Part shown: positions 12,581 to 25,468 of the stretch, piece by piece | How the letters are laid out: each line of letters begins with the position of its first letter | Position numbering within the stretch: the stretch's first letter is position 1 | Source: Chrysomallon squamiferum | Taxonomy: Eukaryota > Animalia > Mollusca | DNA length: 64,000 nt | Assembly (NCBI GenBank): GCA_012295275.1 | Contig: CM022670.1 | Span: 24,056,001 to 24,120,000, forward strand | Direction: 5' to 3' | The notes under the pieces: model-generated | Seen by the model: the letters and a program-made list of their open reading frames with translations, nothing else | Databases searched by the model: none | What the model was told of the DNA's origin: nothing | Made by a program: the position numbers and the translations under genes

Positions 12581-15500
12581 ACAAATGAAATGGATAATCA
12601 TTTGAATGATGATGTCCTTCACTGACTCATTGCTCCAGTCATTATTCACAACAGTTAAATACATATGTGAAATGTGTTGATTTGGGTTAACTGATCTTGG
12701 CTACTGTATACAACAACATGAGCAAGCTTTTCATCTTTAATGAAGAAACCATTTCAGAACACTAGAGGGAATACATAACTTGAGATACACAAACAAAAAC
12801 ATGATGTTTAACAATTTTGCTAAATAAAATATAAGCAGAATCCTTGAATACTGAGACATTCTGACTAGGAACTGAATCTGCTTATTAGAAGAAAATGGGA
12901 AATTGTGTCAAAATCTGAAATTGAACTAAATTTTAAAAAAATGATATCCAATTACAATACGTAATTAAGGAATATCTTTAATTTACAATTTTTGATCAAA
13001 TGTTTGTTTTGCACATGTACTATATATATATATATATATATAGTAAGGTCAAAACAAGAATTAAGATTTTTAACTCAAATGTTTTTACATAAAAGCAAAA
13101 TGGAGAACTGGATGATTTAAAATTTTAAGTGAACTGTACAAAATTTTAAAAAGTATTCTTAAATGTGATATAACCACATATGTGAATGTAATAATAATGA
13201 GAAAAAAATAATTCTGCTGTTGCATTTTCTTTGTTTTAAATCTTACAATTATAAGGTAGTGTGCCAGTCTCAAACCACAGTACCATCAGTATGGATGTAA
13301 ATGGAGTCAGACTTGTAGGTGAATAATATAGTTTATTTTACAGTACATGAAATAAATAAAATGGCTGAAAACTTACAACTCAAAAGCTATAATTGTAATA
13401 AATTACAAATTCTGCTTGAAGTAATATTAATAATTTAAAAAATTAATTGGCTTAACAATATATACTGATCTAGCTCATTAATCTGATTTTACAGGTAGAT
13501 TCTAGTTAGAAGAAATATATACAAAAAAAAAAAAAACAGAAAAAAATAGTAAAAGAAATATTTCAAAATTTGGAACATCAAACAAAACATAGGTTTTCTA
13601 CCCAAGGGTTGCGAGATCGTTCTTGAGCAAGGGTATGTTTCAAGCCTTTTTTCAACTTGACTTGGAAGGAGGAATAAATAGGTGTAGATAGGTTTAGGAC
13701 CCGTCATAGTGAATATAGATTCCTTTTGTACTATCTCTGGTTTATGAAAATATAGTAATCCTAGATATTATTGAATCAAACATAACCAGTGATTTAAAAC
13801 AATAGGATGAAAACCAGTGATTTAAAACAATAGTATTACATACTTTTCTTATTTGTGTAGAATAGAGAAATAATAACCATTGTTTCCTATACTATAAAGG
13901 TCAGAATATATATGTTTTAAAGTAATTAGTGGGGAGTAAGTTCTAGCAAGATAAAGATGACTGCCTTTTATGGGGAGCTTTTGTTAGCACTGGGGACTAT
14001 GGTCATATCACATGACCATATATGGCAACTGCTGCCTGGAATTTAAGGGGGCCATTCTCAGAGAGCACTCTGACCTTGGACATTGCAGGACCTTAAAAGT
14101 TGCTAATGAAGGTGGCAACACTGGTTATGTGTGTTTTGCAACTATATAATTTTTATGATAATGTTTTATGAACCTGGTCAGTTGTATATATTAATATTAC
14201 AATATCAGCGATTCCCTAGTATTAAAGCCCTTTAATTGGAAACCCTGTCTTGTTTGTTTATTCCCTAGACAATGACATATATATTAAACTGTCACATTAG
14301 GTAATATTGACATGAAAGATGGTATATTGTTTTAACATTAAATGAAATTCATGCTACATTAATGAAACACAGAAGAATCATTCTGGATGCAGTGCAGAGC
14401 AGCAAATGTTTGGAACTACTAAACAACTAAGACATATTACTTTAATAATAGGCCAATTTGTAACAACATGTTCCGACAAAGATATCTTCAATTTTCAACT
14501 TCTAGACCTACTTGAACATAAAAATTGGTATGAATTTTATGTGTCCGAGTGTTTTTCCTGTATGATTCATTTATGGAAACAAACAATTTACTTGAATAGT
14601 TTGGGTACAAACAAGGAACGAATAAATTATTATAAACCCGGCAGATGAATACTGTATAGTGTATGTAATAAACAAGCAATAATAAAATTAAATAACAAAT
14701 ATTGAAATAACACCAACCCTGGCAACCCTGCTCTACATTTATCATTTTTATGGTTTGGTACCTGACCATTTATTTGGTAAGAGGCGGATTTAAAATATAA
14801 AAGAAACAATGAAAAAAAAAAAAAAATGTATTTGACAAATACAAATAAATAAACTTTTAAAACAGTATCTATTTGATATTTATTAAACCACTTAAAATAG
14901 TGTAACGTCCACATCAACACTACGATTGATATTAGCAATGGTAATTGCCGCTAGAGACGCTCGCTACCTTTTTTCTTTCTTCGTTTTCCTCCCAGCAATG
15001 GCGAATTCCCACTTCAAAATATTACACTGATTTACTATATGTTTTAAAGCAGAATGAAATCAAAGATCAGTTTATTTTCTTAGGATAATTTCGTAAAAGA
15101 TGTAATTGAAAATCCGAAAATAAAGTGATGAAACAGAGAAATGGCTAAAATTGACAACTGAATTAGTGAATATTAAATAATAAACGTTAAAAAAAAAATA
15201 ACGATCGATTACGCAGATTACGTTATTCAAATGGCACATTTAGACCTATAATTATTAATATTCTGCCTTGTAATTTACAAATAACGCCATTATTTATTGT
15301 TTAACTGCCATTTGAAGTAGTAAACATCAAAATTACAGAAAAAAAAAAAAAAAAATAATAATAATTAATTCACGAACCATAACTCCTACTGGGGAATGAT
15401 CTTATTTCCACCTGTCAATTGAAACAGGCCTAAAACATAATATTTGATTATATATATTTAATTAATTTATATATATATATATATTAATAAAATAATAATA

Positions 15501-16511
15501 ATAATAATAAATACAGTAAAAATAAAACAAATACATAATAATGTTCAGAAAAATACATAATAGAAACAATTGTCAATGTTTTAAATTTTTGGCGTAATTT
15601 AATTTTTTCATTTTTATTTTTACTTTTTACTTTATTATGGTGACAAAGATAGATAATTTCGTCTTTGTTTTGAAATTAAATCCCAAATAGCTGTGGAACT
15701 GTATTTCTTTTCTATATACTGACTACAGACGATCTCACTAAATTAATCAGTTTATATATGCATATCTGTTACAGAAAATATGTATAATTCCTGAAAATTT
15801 CTGAAACTTAGTGAAATGTTGGTTTCATTCAAGAAAATGGCATTGCAAGGCTACAAGAAGAATTTTAGGAGGGAAGATCAATAATGGCACCAAAACTCAA
15901 CAGTGTCCTTAATGGGGAACACTTAATTTCACTGTGAAGACTGCAGTTCTTACGAAACAATAAATCTGAGTCCATCAGTTTATTCAGATGTATTGTTATC
16001 TACTAACCAACAAATAAGCATGTCCTTAATGTAACAGTTTGGTTTTTCTATGGATTCTTGGCACTTTGCATACCTAGGTTTCCCACTGATCATTGCCAAA
16101 TCTGGCCTCAAAGTTTCAGTTAAGAGATTCTACATATTTGTTGACATTTTCAGGAATTATACATATTTCCTGATAATCTTAAGACTGTTATATATAATTG
16201 TAGTGTATGTAGACTGGCTTCACATATCAATATATTTGTACTTTACTGATATATATATATATATATAATTATAATGCTTATTTTGCAACATATACTATGA
16301 CTTATTACGAAAGAAGCTTTGTCAGAGACAATCTCGTTTTAGAATGGGCCCTCAAAAATCGAGATGTGCTGAAAATGGTACAATAAAAATAATAAATAAA
16401 TAAGTAAATAAATAAATAAATAAACGAATTAATTAAAATATCGTAACTTTGGAACTATTTAACTGACAACTTAAATTTTGTATTACTGTTACCCATACCC
16501 AGCATATCTAC

Positions 16512-17048
16512 CTTTATTTCTTTCTCTTTTTTCTTCGTTTCTTTATTAAAGAATGCATGAATGTTTCTTGTATCATAAAAGTGAAATAAGAACAATTAGA
16601 AAACGTTAATTTAGAATATCTGCTGTGTTCCGTAGGGTTTTTAAAATTACTAATATAAGAAGGTGCTTTGTTGAGAAGGAGGAAATTAAAGAAATTACGG
16701 TGAAGGAAGTTAGACAACGTGGAGAACGTCGTTAAATTTCTCTTTTTTTCGCCAGTTGTATAACAATTTTGATATTGTCCTTTGCAGTATTTAATATTTT
16801 ACCATATATTTATTTACTTAAATAACTTTCTTTAACTTTCTCTGAATATATTAAGAGTCTTATAATTTTATATACTATAAAAAGTATAATATTATATTAT
16901 ACTTCATTATAATACTATTATACTATAGTATAACTATAATATAACTATAGTATTCACTGTATTCAGTATTGTAAGTATTAAGAATTATTGTATACCATTT
17001 CGGGCATTTGTGATTTTATGACAGTTCCGGAACAATCAGATAATCATA
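16512..17048. promoter_or_regulatory. Divergent promoter region: TMEM165 (+) and a candidate minus-strand first exon (about 16760-16512)
   Basis: CpG patches at 16630-16760 and 17000-17100, ETS-like TTCCGGAA at about 17025, minus-strand donor AAG|GTAGAT after 16512 and a good minus-strand acceptor before 16368. Confidence 0.4.
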
Positions 17049-18419
17049 ATGAATATGAATCTACAATGTCGCGAATGTGTTTTGCGATTTGACGGGTGTC
17101 CAACAGTTTTGAGAATATCAAAAATGCTTTTAGCAGTCGTAGTGATTCTTCATTTAATTTCGCAATATGAAGTTTCATCTACTTCAGATGTGGATAGTTA
17201 TTCCTTTGATGTACATTTAAGTGAACAAAGGCATTTATTAGACCACGACAAAAAACACAAAGTAAGTTAAACATTTATTTACTTTCATTTTTAGACCAGT
17301 AACCTAGTAATACTAGTATGATATAATTTTTACAGATTTGTTCAATTAGAATTGTGCAGATGTTACAGCTAGTTATAGTGAACTGTTTTATAAATTTTTA
17401 TTTCATATAGAATATTATTTATTCAAATTTATAACATATTTTGGGCACATTATGATTATCAATTATTTTTAATGTTTTTCTATTAATTAATATTACAGCC
17501 CCATTATTTTATTGCATCATTTTACACTTTAGTTCTTCATGATAAACCTTGATATACATCAGTGTTTATCAAGTGAATTTTGCAGATATTCACTGACCTT
17601 TTAGGTGGAAATACTTTTCGTCATTATTCTAAACTGCCTGCTTGTCACAAAAAACCTGCTTGCTATGTTAATATTTACTACTTAAATTTTTAACATTTGG
17701 CATCTTAGATGAGCCTCAGAAATACCTAAGAAAAAAAATGAAAAATTTACATTAGTCTTAATTATCTTCATCACTATAAGATTTTTTTTTTAATAATATG
17801 TAAAGAAAAATGATGCTCATTCAGCTTTTCATTAAAAAAAGAACAAAAAAAGCACAGACTGGCATACTTTGGAAGTTCCAAAGTTAAAACACTAAATACA
17901 AAAACAATTTAATGATGCTTTTGTGTTCAGACTGTGTGCACAGAGAAAAAAGTGCAACAGCTTCATAAATGCCATCTGTTGTGCATCTAATTTTACTTAA
18001 CAATTTTTTTGTGAAAACATCTCTTGCATTATTCCTGTGTGCTTTCAGAGTTTATTTCATTTTATTTTTGGTGTTTTTGATTTTATGGATCTATTAACTA
18101 ATACATTAACTATGACATCAAAGAAGAGTGTGGAAGTAAATACAATTTTTATTTTATTAAACAGTATTCATGTTTTAATTTATTATTTAGGGGTTTTAAT
18201 TTATTATTTAGGGGATTTAATTGTTCTGTTTTAATCTTAAATTATGTGCTGTTTAAATTTATTGAAATGATTCTTGTTTAGGGTCTGGGAACTAATGATT
18301 TACTTTCCATTATTTCTAATGGGGAAAACTGATTCAGAGTTCAAACAGCCTCCTGATATGGATTAAATTCAATTTATTTAAAAATGTATAAAATTATAAC
18401 TTGATTAAAATTTCTTTTC

Positions 18420-18463
<44 letters not shown>

Positions 18464-21400
18464 TTCTTATTTTAAACAGAACACATGCAATTATACTTAA
18501 TTTTACCCATTGTCAAAAGAAAGTTTAACACAGTTTTAAATATTTTTAGTTGAAAAAGAAGAAAAGATGTATACATGAAGTAAAATTAAAAGGTCAATAT
18601 GTCAACTTAATGAACATTAAAAAATAACAACAATACAACATTCCATAATATCAGTATTGGCCAGAATGATATGGGGGCACAAAAACTCAAATATTCAAGT
18701 TCATGGATAACATGTTGAGCATAATGCAAATCATTCAAGTTCATATTAATACTGTATATGACCACTGCTTGCTTTAGTACACACAACTCTGACACATAAG
18801 TGTGTCTCATCTGATAATGTCACTTAGGATATGTAGCTTTTGTCTTTGGAAGGCTTGAATTATTTTACTTTGGAATTGGAATGCTGTTAAATAACACCTC
18901 ATGGCTGCTGTTTGGGAAATGGAAATATAGTTGAACACTGAAATGACTGATTTTACCTTGAGCTCTTGATATCCATTGATGATGTCCAGTGTTGTGTCCT
19001 CCTATCCATAAATGCCTCCCTTCACCACATGGCACAACTGACTTTCATTATCCTCTTTCAGTCTATGACAGAAACATGTTGTCTTCTATCATCTTGGAAT
19101 AAACTTCAACAGTAAAAATTACCCTGTGCCAGTGACCTCGCAGCAGCCTTGTACAGCCAAGGTCTGTGTTATAGGATAATTTTATGCTGTCAGTAAGTGT
19201 CTTCTGTTTGGTCTGTAAGCCCTTATTCCATGAATCTTGGCCAGAGTGCTGTGACATGCTGTCCAAACTATTTTTATGCATGTACAATTGTGGATGTTCA
19301 GAAGGCATATTCTTTTCACTATTTAGCATATTCTGTTCAAAACAAACTGTATTTTTCTGTCTTTTATGAAATGTAAAAAAAAAAAAAAAAAAAAAGGTAT
19401 TAGGTACCAATTTATCTAACATTTCATTTGCCCATGAAGGAATAAAGTTGTTGATTGTTTAGGTCAGAACATTTTTGTACCAAGTAGGCAGATCTTAAAT
19501 GTTGGTTGGGATTGTTGGTGGACATTTATACCTATTGCCATCTCAGAGTTGACACCATTTTAACAAGTGTCTTCAGTTGTTATGGTATCTGTTTTTTCTT
19601 CCCACTTTTTAAACTATCTATTAATTGCTTCTTCACCACAGTCTGATGTTTTCAGAAAAGGCATACATTTTTAATTATATTAGAGAATAGTTCTATTTCA
19701 GTTTGAAATTAAATCTTTGTATAATAACTAGAGCTTTTTTTATTTATTTTTTGTAATCTATTTTTAAGTCTGCAACATATATGAATGTGATGATAAATGA
19801 AATAGAATAAAGGAAAAGCTAAAATCAGTGTTTAACTAGTGACAGAAAAGGATGTAATAAACTTTACAGTCTTGTTGTTGGAGCAACATTACAGATTGGT
19901 TTAGAGGTTCAGTGAGTTTATATGAGATGTCCATTCAGTCATCTTAAATGAAATAAAATAAATTATATTGCATTCCCTGGAAATATTGTAGTAGCTAATA
20001 TGTGTCATAATAATGAATTGCATTTCAAAGATATACATTTATTTCTTTTCTTTATCCTTTTAAAAATTTAGACAAATGGATTCTGTTATAAAGATATGTA
20101 TGTTTGCTCCATACAAAGACATGCAAGGGAAGAGACTTGTTAATGTGTTTTGATTTTTCAGTTGAAGAGTGATGAGGAAACCTCTGATGAGCATGGATTT
20201 TATCATACTTTAAAAAAGCGAGGTTCTCACCTTGGCTTTATACATGCTTTTGTAGCATCACTGTCTGTGATCATTGTATCAGAGCTTGGTGATAAAACCT
20301 TTTTCATTGCTGCTATCATGGCAATGAGGCATTCAAGATTAACTGTTCTTGCTGGGGCACTTGGGGCTCTGATTGTGATGACAATTCTGTCAGGTAGATC
20401 ACCTTTTTATTTTAGAGCTTGAAAAAAAAAAAAAAAAATAATATATAATAAATAATAAAAACCAGGTTATAATGTTTCAGAAAAGTTTGGTTAATCCTAA
20501 ATGCGATATTTGCTTGACATTACAGAATACCCAACTGTTAATAATTCATGTGAATTGTAAAAAATTGTAAAAAATAGGAAAATCACATGCAAACTAAAAC
20601 AAAATTGATACTGTGTTTTCTAATAATTTGGATTAAAGACGTTAAGTTGATTAAATTCAATTACATTTTAATGTTTTACATTACTGTGACTGATAAAATA
20701 TTAAATATGTTTTAATATATGTTTGAAATTTCAGCTGCTCTAGGTTATGCTGCTACTGTTGTCCCAAGAAAATACACGCTTTATGCATCCTCAATTCTTT
20801 TTGGTGTTTTTGGTTTGAAGATGTTGAGAGAAGGTAACAACAGTTTCATTGTTTCACTGTATCATTTGTTTTTCTCATTAATTACTGCCTATGGTTTAAG
20901 GGTCTTTGCTTGTCAGATCACCCAAAATAATTCAAAAATGAAATCTTACCTGCTCTTGTTTTGCTGATATTGCTGGTATTTCTGTTTTTAACATGATTAA
21001 ACATGTCGTTTTTGAGATGTGGCCATCTGGTTTTTGGCAGTTTTGATTTAAATGGGCATGGCTGCCAATATTCAAATGATTATTGCTCAGCAGCCAACTG
21101 GTCAATCATGTTGAAATGAGTATTTTCATAAGGATTACAAAAATGTCATTATTTGTAAATAAGGGATAGTTTGAAGCATGATGACCTTTTGATCTTAACT
21201 TTTACCTCTTTTATCATGTTTCAAAACTTCATTCTCTGTAGTCCAATTGTGGCAGTTTCACAAAATCCTCACTACATCATTTTTGTTGATCAAGATGATG
21301 AAAGTGAAGTACAGACTGCACAGAATATCAACTTTAGGAAACCAACATGGATCATTTCTCAGTGACCAGTGAAACTGATTTGCACTTTTTAGTGTCAGGT

Positions 21401-23417
21401 ATGCCTACTTTGATTTCCTTTTAGAATCTAACAAGACATAAGTATATTATGTACAAAACATTTTTAAGACAAGGTCATTTAAAGGTCACTTGATCCACAA
21501 AATGAAATTGAAAGTGAAAGTTAAGATCAAAAGACCATCATGCTTCAGATTATCTCAATGTGATCCTTAAGATATTATCTTTTCAGCAATTTTGATTAGT
21601 TGGATGCTGAGCTGTGGTTATTTGAAAATTGGCAACTATGTCCGTTTTGGTCAAAATTACCAAAAATTAGGGGGACATATCTCAGAAATTGCTTGTCATA
21701 ATGTACTAAAAATGAAAAAAATTCATCAGTTTCAGCATAGTTACCTTAAAAATACTAAATTTCTGCAAAATGAAGAGGAGTGTTCACCAAGTCTTGCCTT
21801 GATTATATTTTTAAATATTGTTTTAAAATTATCTTCAGCATGGGTAATGTCAGCAAAAGAAGCTCAAGAGGAATTTGATGAAGTACAAGCTGATTTGAAA
21901 AAGAAGGAAGATGAGGTTTATTTACAGTTTTAACTGTTTTTATTTTCTTTTTATTTAGAAAACATTTATTATTCAGTGTATGTGTGTAAAATAATAATAA
22001 CAGCAAATATGATGTTTTAAAATTTTAGATAGTTATTTTAATAAAACCATTAGCTTTCTTGTAATAAATCAAGATCTGCTTTGAAAATGAATATCAAGTT
22101 TTTATAATCTAAATTATTTATTTTTTTATTTTTTATTATATTATAAAATCCACAGAAGATTTTTGGTATTTGCAATTTTTAAGAAGGGTCTTTTAATCAA
22201 ACTGTTTTGATATTAAAAAAAGTAATAATATAAAAACCCTTATTTTTTATACATATTTCTTTCTTATGAACTGACTTTTTTGTTAATGCTTTATTAGAAA
22301 AATATTTATCTTATATAATTTAAAATAAAAAGTACATTTTTATTTTTTTAAGATGGCAAAGCAGAATGCACCTACACAAGATATTGAAACAGGGATTATT
22401 CGAACACCTGGGCGACATTTTTTATCTGGGATATTATCAACAGTTTTTCTTCAGTCATTTATGCTAACCTTTTTAGCTGAATGGGGAGACCGTTCGCAAA
22501 TAGCCACCATTGCTCTGGCTGCCAGAGAAGTAAGCAGATGATTTTCTGATATATATCATTTTATTAGGACTGTTTTATATTTTTTTTTACTTTTCATTTT
22601 GTTTGTGTTTTTAAGTTTTTATTTTATTTTTATTTTTTTTCACTAATAATACAGCAAGAAACCACCACATGACTGCATAATCTGTTTTAAGAAAGTTTTT
22701 TATTTTTTATTTTCATAAATTAATTACCTACAGTCATTTTTTGAATACCATCCCTATACAAATCAATTTTTATTATTATTATTATTATTACTATTATTAC
22801 TATTATTACTATTATTATTATTGTAATATACTATTAACATAATGGATAGTTAATAAATACTATAAATGTACTGTTCATTATAGATTTAACTTTAAGGACA
22901 TTTTTTTTCAGGATATTTGGGGTGTGGCACTTGGTGGGTTTTTAGGTCATGGTCTCTGTACAGGTCTTGCAGTTGTAGGTGGCCGAATGATAGCTCAAAG
23001 GATTTCTATTAGGACAGGTAACTGTTATTACAGGTTATCTTTAGTTAACATGAAATATAGAAACAAAAATTGTGCATTCATTTTAATGATGGTTGAAATG
23101 TTTTGTTTGTTATAACAAAATAACACACACTTTTTGTATCAGTTATAGATTTTATTAATGTTTTGTGCAGTAGTGGAAATAAATAATAGTTCTAAGAGTA
23201 TAGATTCACAGAACATAACAACAACAACAACAACAAAAAATTATTCTATGCTTAAAATGCTTTGACAAACAATTTTGAAATAATTTAAAAATTGCTAAAC
23301 ATTTATAGTATTTTATATGATTTCAGTAACTGTTTACTTTCATTTTCAGTTACACTTACTGGAGGAGTTGTATTCATCATTTTTGCCTTCTCAGCACTGA
23401 TTTTCAACATTGACTGA
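17049..23417 (+). CDS. TMEM165: Transmembrane protein 165 (GDT1/UPF0016 Golgi Ca2+/Mn2+ exchanger), 7 exons, about 323 aa
   Basis: Exons 17049-17261, 20162-20393, 20735-20833, 21839-21915, 22353-22529, 22912-23017, 23350-23417 are phase compatible. Both UPF0016 signature motifs are present (SELGDKTFF and AEWGDRSQ), plus GHGLCTGLAVVGGRMIAQRISIRTV. Exon 1 has a signal-peptide-like hydrophobic stretch. Which ATG is used is uncertain. Confidence 0.95.
18600..19440 (-). mobile_element. Decayed Tc1/mariner transposase fossil in TMEM165 intron 1
   Basis: Minus-strand remnants occur in Tc1 order: WHRVIFTVE (compare W..V.FSDE), a trace of the VWGG region, and terminal KASSGHIQY* (compare A.GG.T.Y*). 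Many frameshifts. Boundaries are approximate. Confidence 0.6.
21430..21800. mobile_element. Probable interspersed repeat fragment in TMEM165 intron 3
   Basis: Non-coding higher-complexity block bounded by CAAGAC and GTCTTG, with aggtca motifs typical of invertebrate non-autonomous elements. Family not determined. Confidence 0.3.
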
Positions 23418-24182
23418 ATACAACAGAGCAGACCGAAAGTTTCTGACAACCATGGAAAAATTGATATTATTATAGATGGACGGAAGAACACCAACTCTCC
23501 ACTTAAAATTTAAAACTTTTTTTGTTTTAGTTAATGGATTATAATTTGAAATGTTTGTTACATAATTTATTTTATAGTACATCATTAATTAGATGTAAAT
23601 TTGTATCTGATGCCGCACAAGAGCTATTCTCAATGCAGGATTTGTTAGACATTGGTTGTATGCTGAAATGTCATCACAGTACATTTCAGTTGACTTTCCA
23701 GATAACGAAGAATGTCTCTTTAAAATAGGTATATTTCATTTTAAATTGATAAGTTCAGTTTTCACAATTATAAATTGTTTGATGCACTGGCTGTATCGAA
23801 GATAAGTTTTTATTTTATTTATTTTAGTAACATTTTTAATCTTGTGATTTGAAAAGGAGTCATTTGCCTTCTACAGAAAACTGAATCTAATTTTCACATC
23901 ATTCATTTTTCTACTTAAATTCTGCTATGTTTCTGTCCATTTCAATTCTTTGTTTAAATATTTTAATAAGATCATGGAAAACAAATAATTTGACAAGTAC
24001 TTATTTTATTAGAACAGTGTTTTACTGTATTAAAATCTTAATTAACGAGATATGGGTATGTATTTGTCATAAGTTAGTAGCATATTTTTCTGATTTGTAT
24101 TTGTAATGTAGATTGCTCTATAAAAATTTTGTTTTTGTTTTTTATAGAAAACAAATCAAAACAGTCAATGTAAATAAATATA

Positions 24183-24624
24183 GAGTGTAAGATGGGGTAA
24201 TTCTGACAATGTGACATTTCTGGATTTCTGGCCCCTAATGTATATTGAAACTTACTGCCACTATTTTGCTTAGTCTAGGCTTCTGGACCTTGTTGATCTT
24301 TCTATGGCTCATCAGAACAAAATATGACTTGTATTATGATTAGTAGGAGACACAGTTACGGAGACATAATCATTTCAATGCATCTGAGTACAAATGCGGA
24401 CCAGATTTACTCCAGATCTTTGGAGCAGATCTGGCCTCTGACAATAATTTTTAACCTAGTTCCCATTTCAAAAGTATCAGCATTATAACATGTAGTGTTT
24501 GTGTTTACTTAACCAGAAAAATATGTACTACACATTATTCACACCATTTTGTTGTTACCTGTTGTTTGTTAAGCTGTAGGTGAGGTTGAATGAAAAAGGG
24601 AGACAGAATTACCCCACCTTACCC
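24183..24624. mobile_element. MITE / non-autonomous DNA transposon with terminal inverted repeats
   Basis: GTAAGATGGGGTAATTCTG (24187-24205) and CAGAATTACCCCACCTTAC (24604-24622) are inverted copies with 1 mismatch in 19. TA dinucleotides flank the element and there is no internal ORF. Confidence 0.7.
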
Positions 24625-24688
24625 TATGAACATTTACAAACCAAAATTTCTACACAAGTGCTATTATATTAATGAGTATTTCCACTAT

Positions 24689-24754
24689 GTTGTAAATACA
24701 GATATGTCAAATTCAGGTTGTAAATATAGATATGTCAAATTCAGGTTGTAAATA
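24689..24754. repeat. Short tandem repeat, 28 bp unit, about 2.3 copies
   Basis: gttgtaaata.agatatgtcaaattcag repeated. Confidence 0.8.
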
Positions 24755-25323
24755 CTATGACAAGTATCACAAAGTAAAACCAGTGATGTGTTAGAAAATT
24801 ATTTTTGTTAATCATGCCTTCAGTCAATTTTCTAGTGTGTTACATTATAAGGTTTTATTTGTTTTGTTCATTCTAGTTCATAAAAATATTAATGCCATGA
24901 CATACCAGTGTTTTATTAATAGTGTTTAATACTTTTTCTTGCTTTTTAATATTGATTGTACATCAAAATATGAAGAATATAAGCAAAGATATTGTTTTAT
25001 ATATCCTGAATTCCAGTATTTGAAATCATTGAAAAGTAATTTTTCTTTAATTTATATTACAGTGTATTTTAAATCTACATTTGCAAAATGGGTTTTCTGG
25101 TTCATTATTAAAATAAGAAATGGGGTAACCTTACAAAAATACCATTTTATATTTCAATATGTTTTAAGACCTGAATGTAATATATAGTCATTCCAGTTTA
25201 TTTAATTTACATTAACTTAATACTGGTATGTGACATAATTAAAGTAATCAAAACCGTAGTTTACATGTGAGAAATTTAAGGTTTTCGTATTTTTAAATGT
25301 TTATTTGACAAATAAAAAAAAAA

Positions 25324-25324
25324 G

Positions 25325-25364
<40 letters not shown>

Positions 25365-25366
25365 TG

Positions 25367-25410
<44 letters not shown>

Positions 25411-25468
25411 GGCTTGTTAATTTTATATGTGTGTGTGTGTGTATGTATATATATATATATATATATAT
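25324..25468. repeat. Compound (TA)n/(GT)n microsatellite
   Basis: Directly visible. Confidence 0.95.

Noticed and set aside
12003-12694. C-box-like RTGATGA motifs in a TAF7 intron and the 3' UTR
   Set aside because: No convincing D box with terminal stem or recognisable rRNA guide, so no snoRNA is called.
14112-14731. Two hAT-like terminal motifs (TGGCAACACTG, TGGCAACCCTG)
   Set aside because: Same orientation and no partner ends, so no element can be delimited.
16610-16734. Plus-strand coding-looking stretch (...VEKEEIKEITVKEVRQRGERR*)
   Set aside because: No start codon or partner exons. Better explained as the complement of a pyrimidine-rich minus-strand leader.
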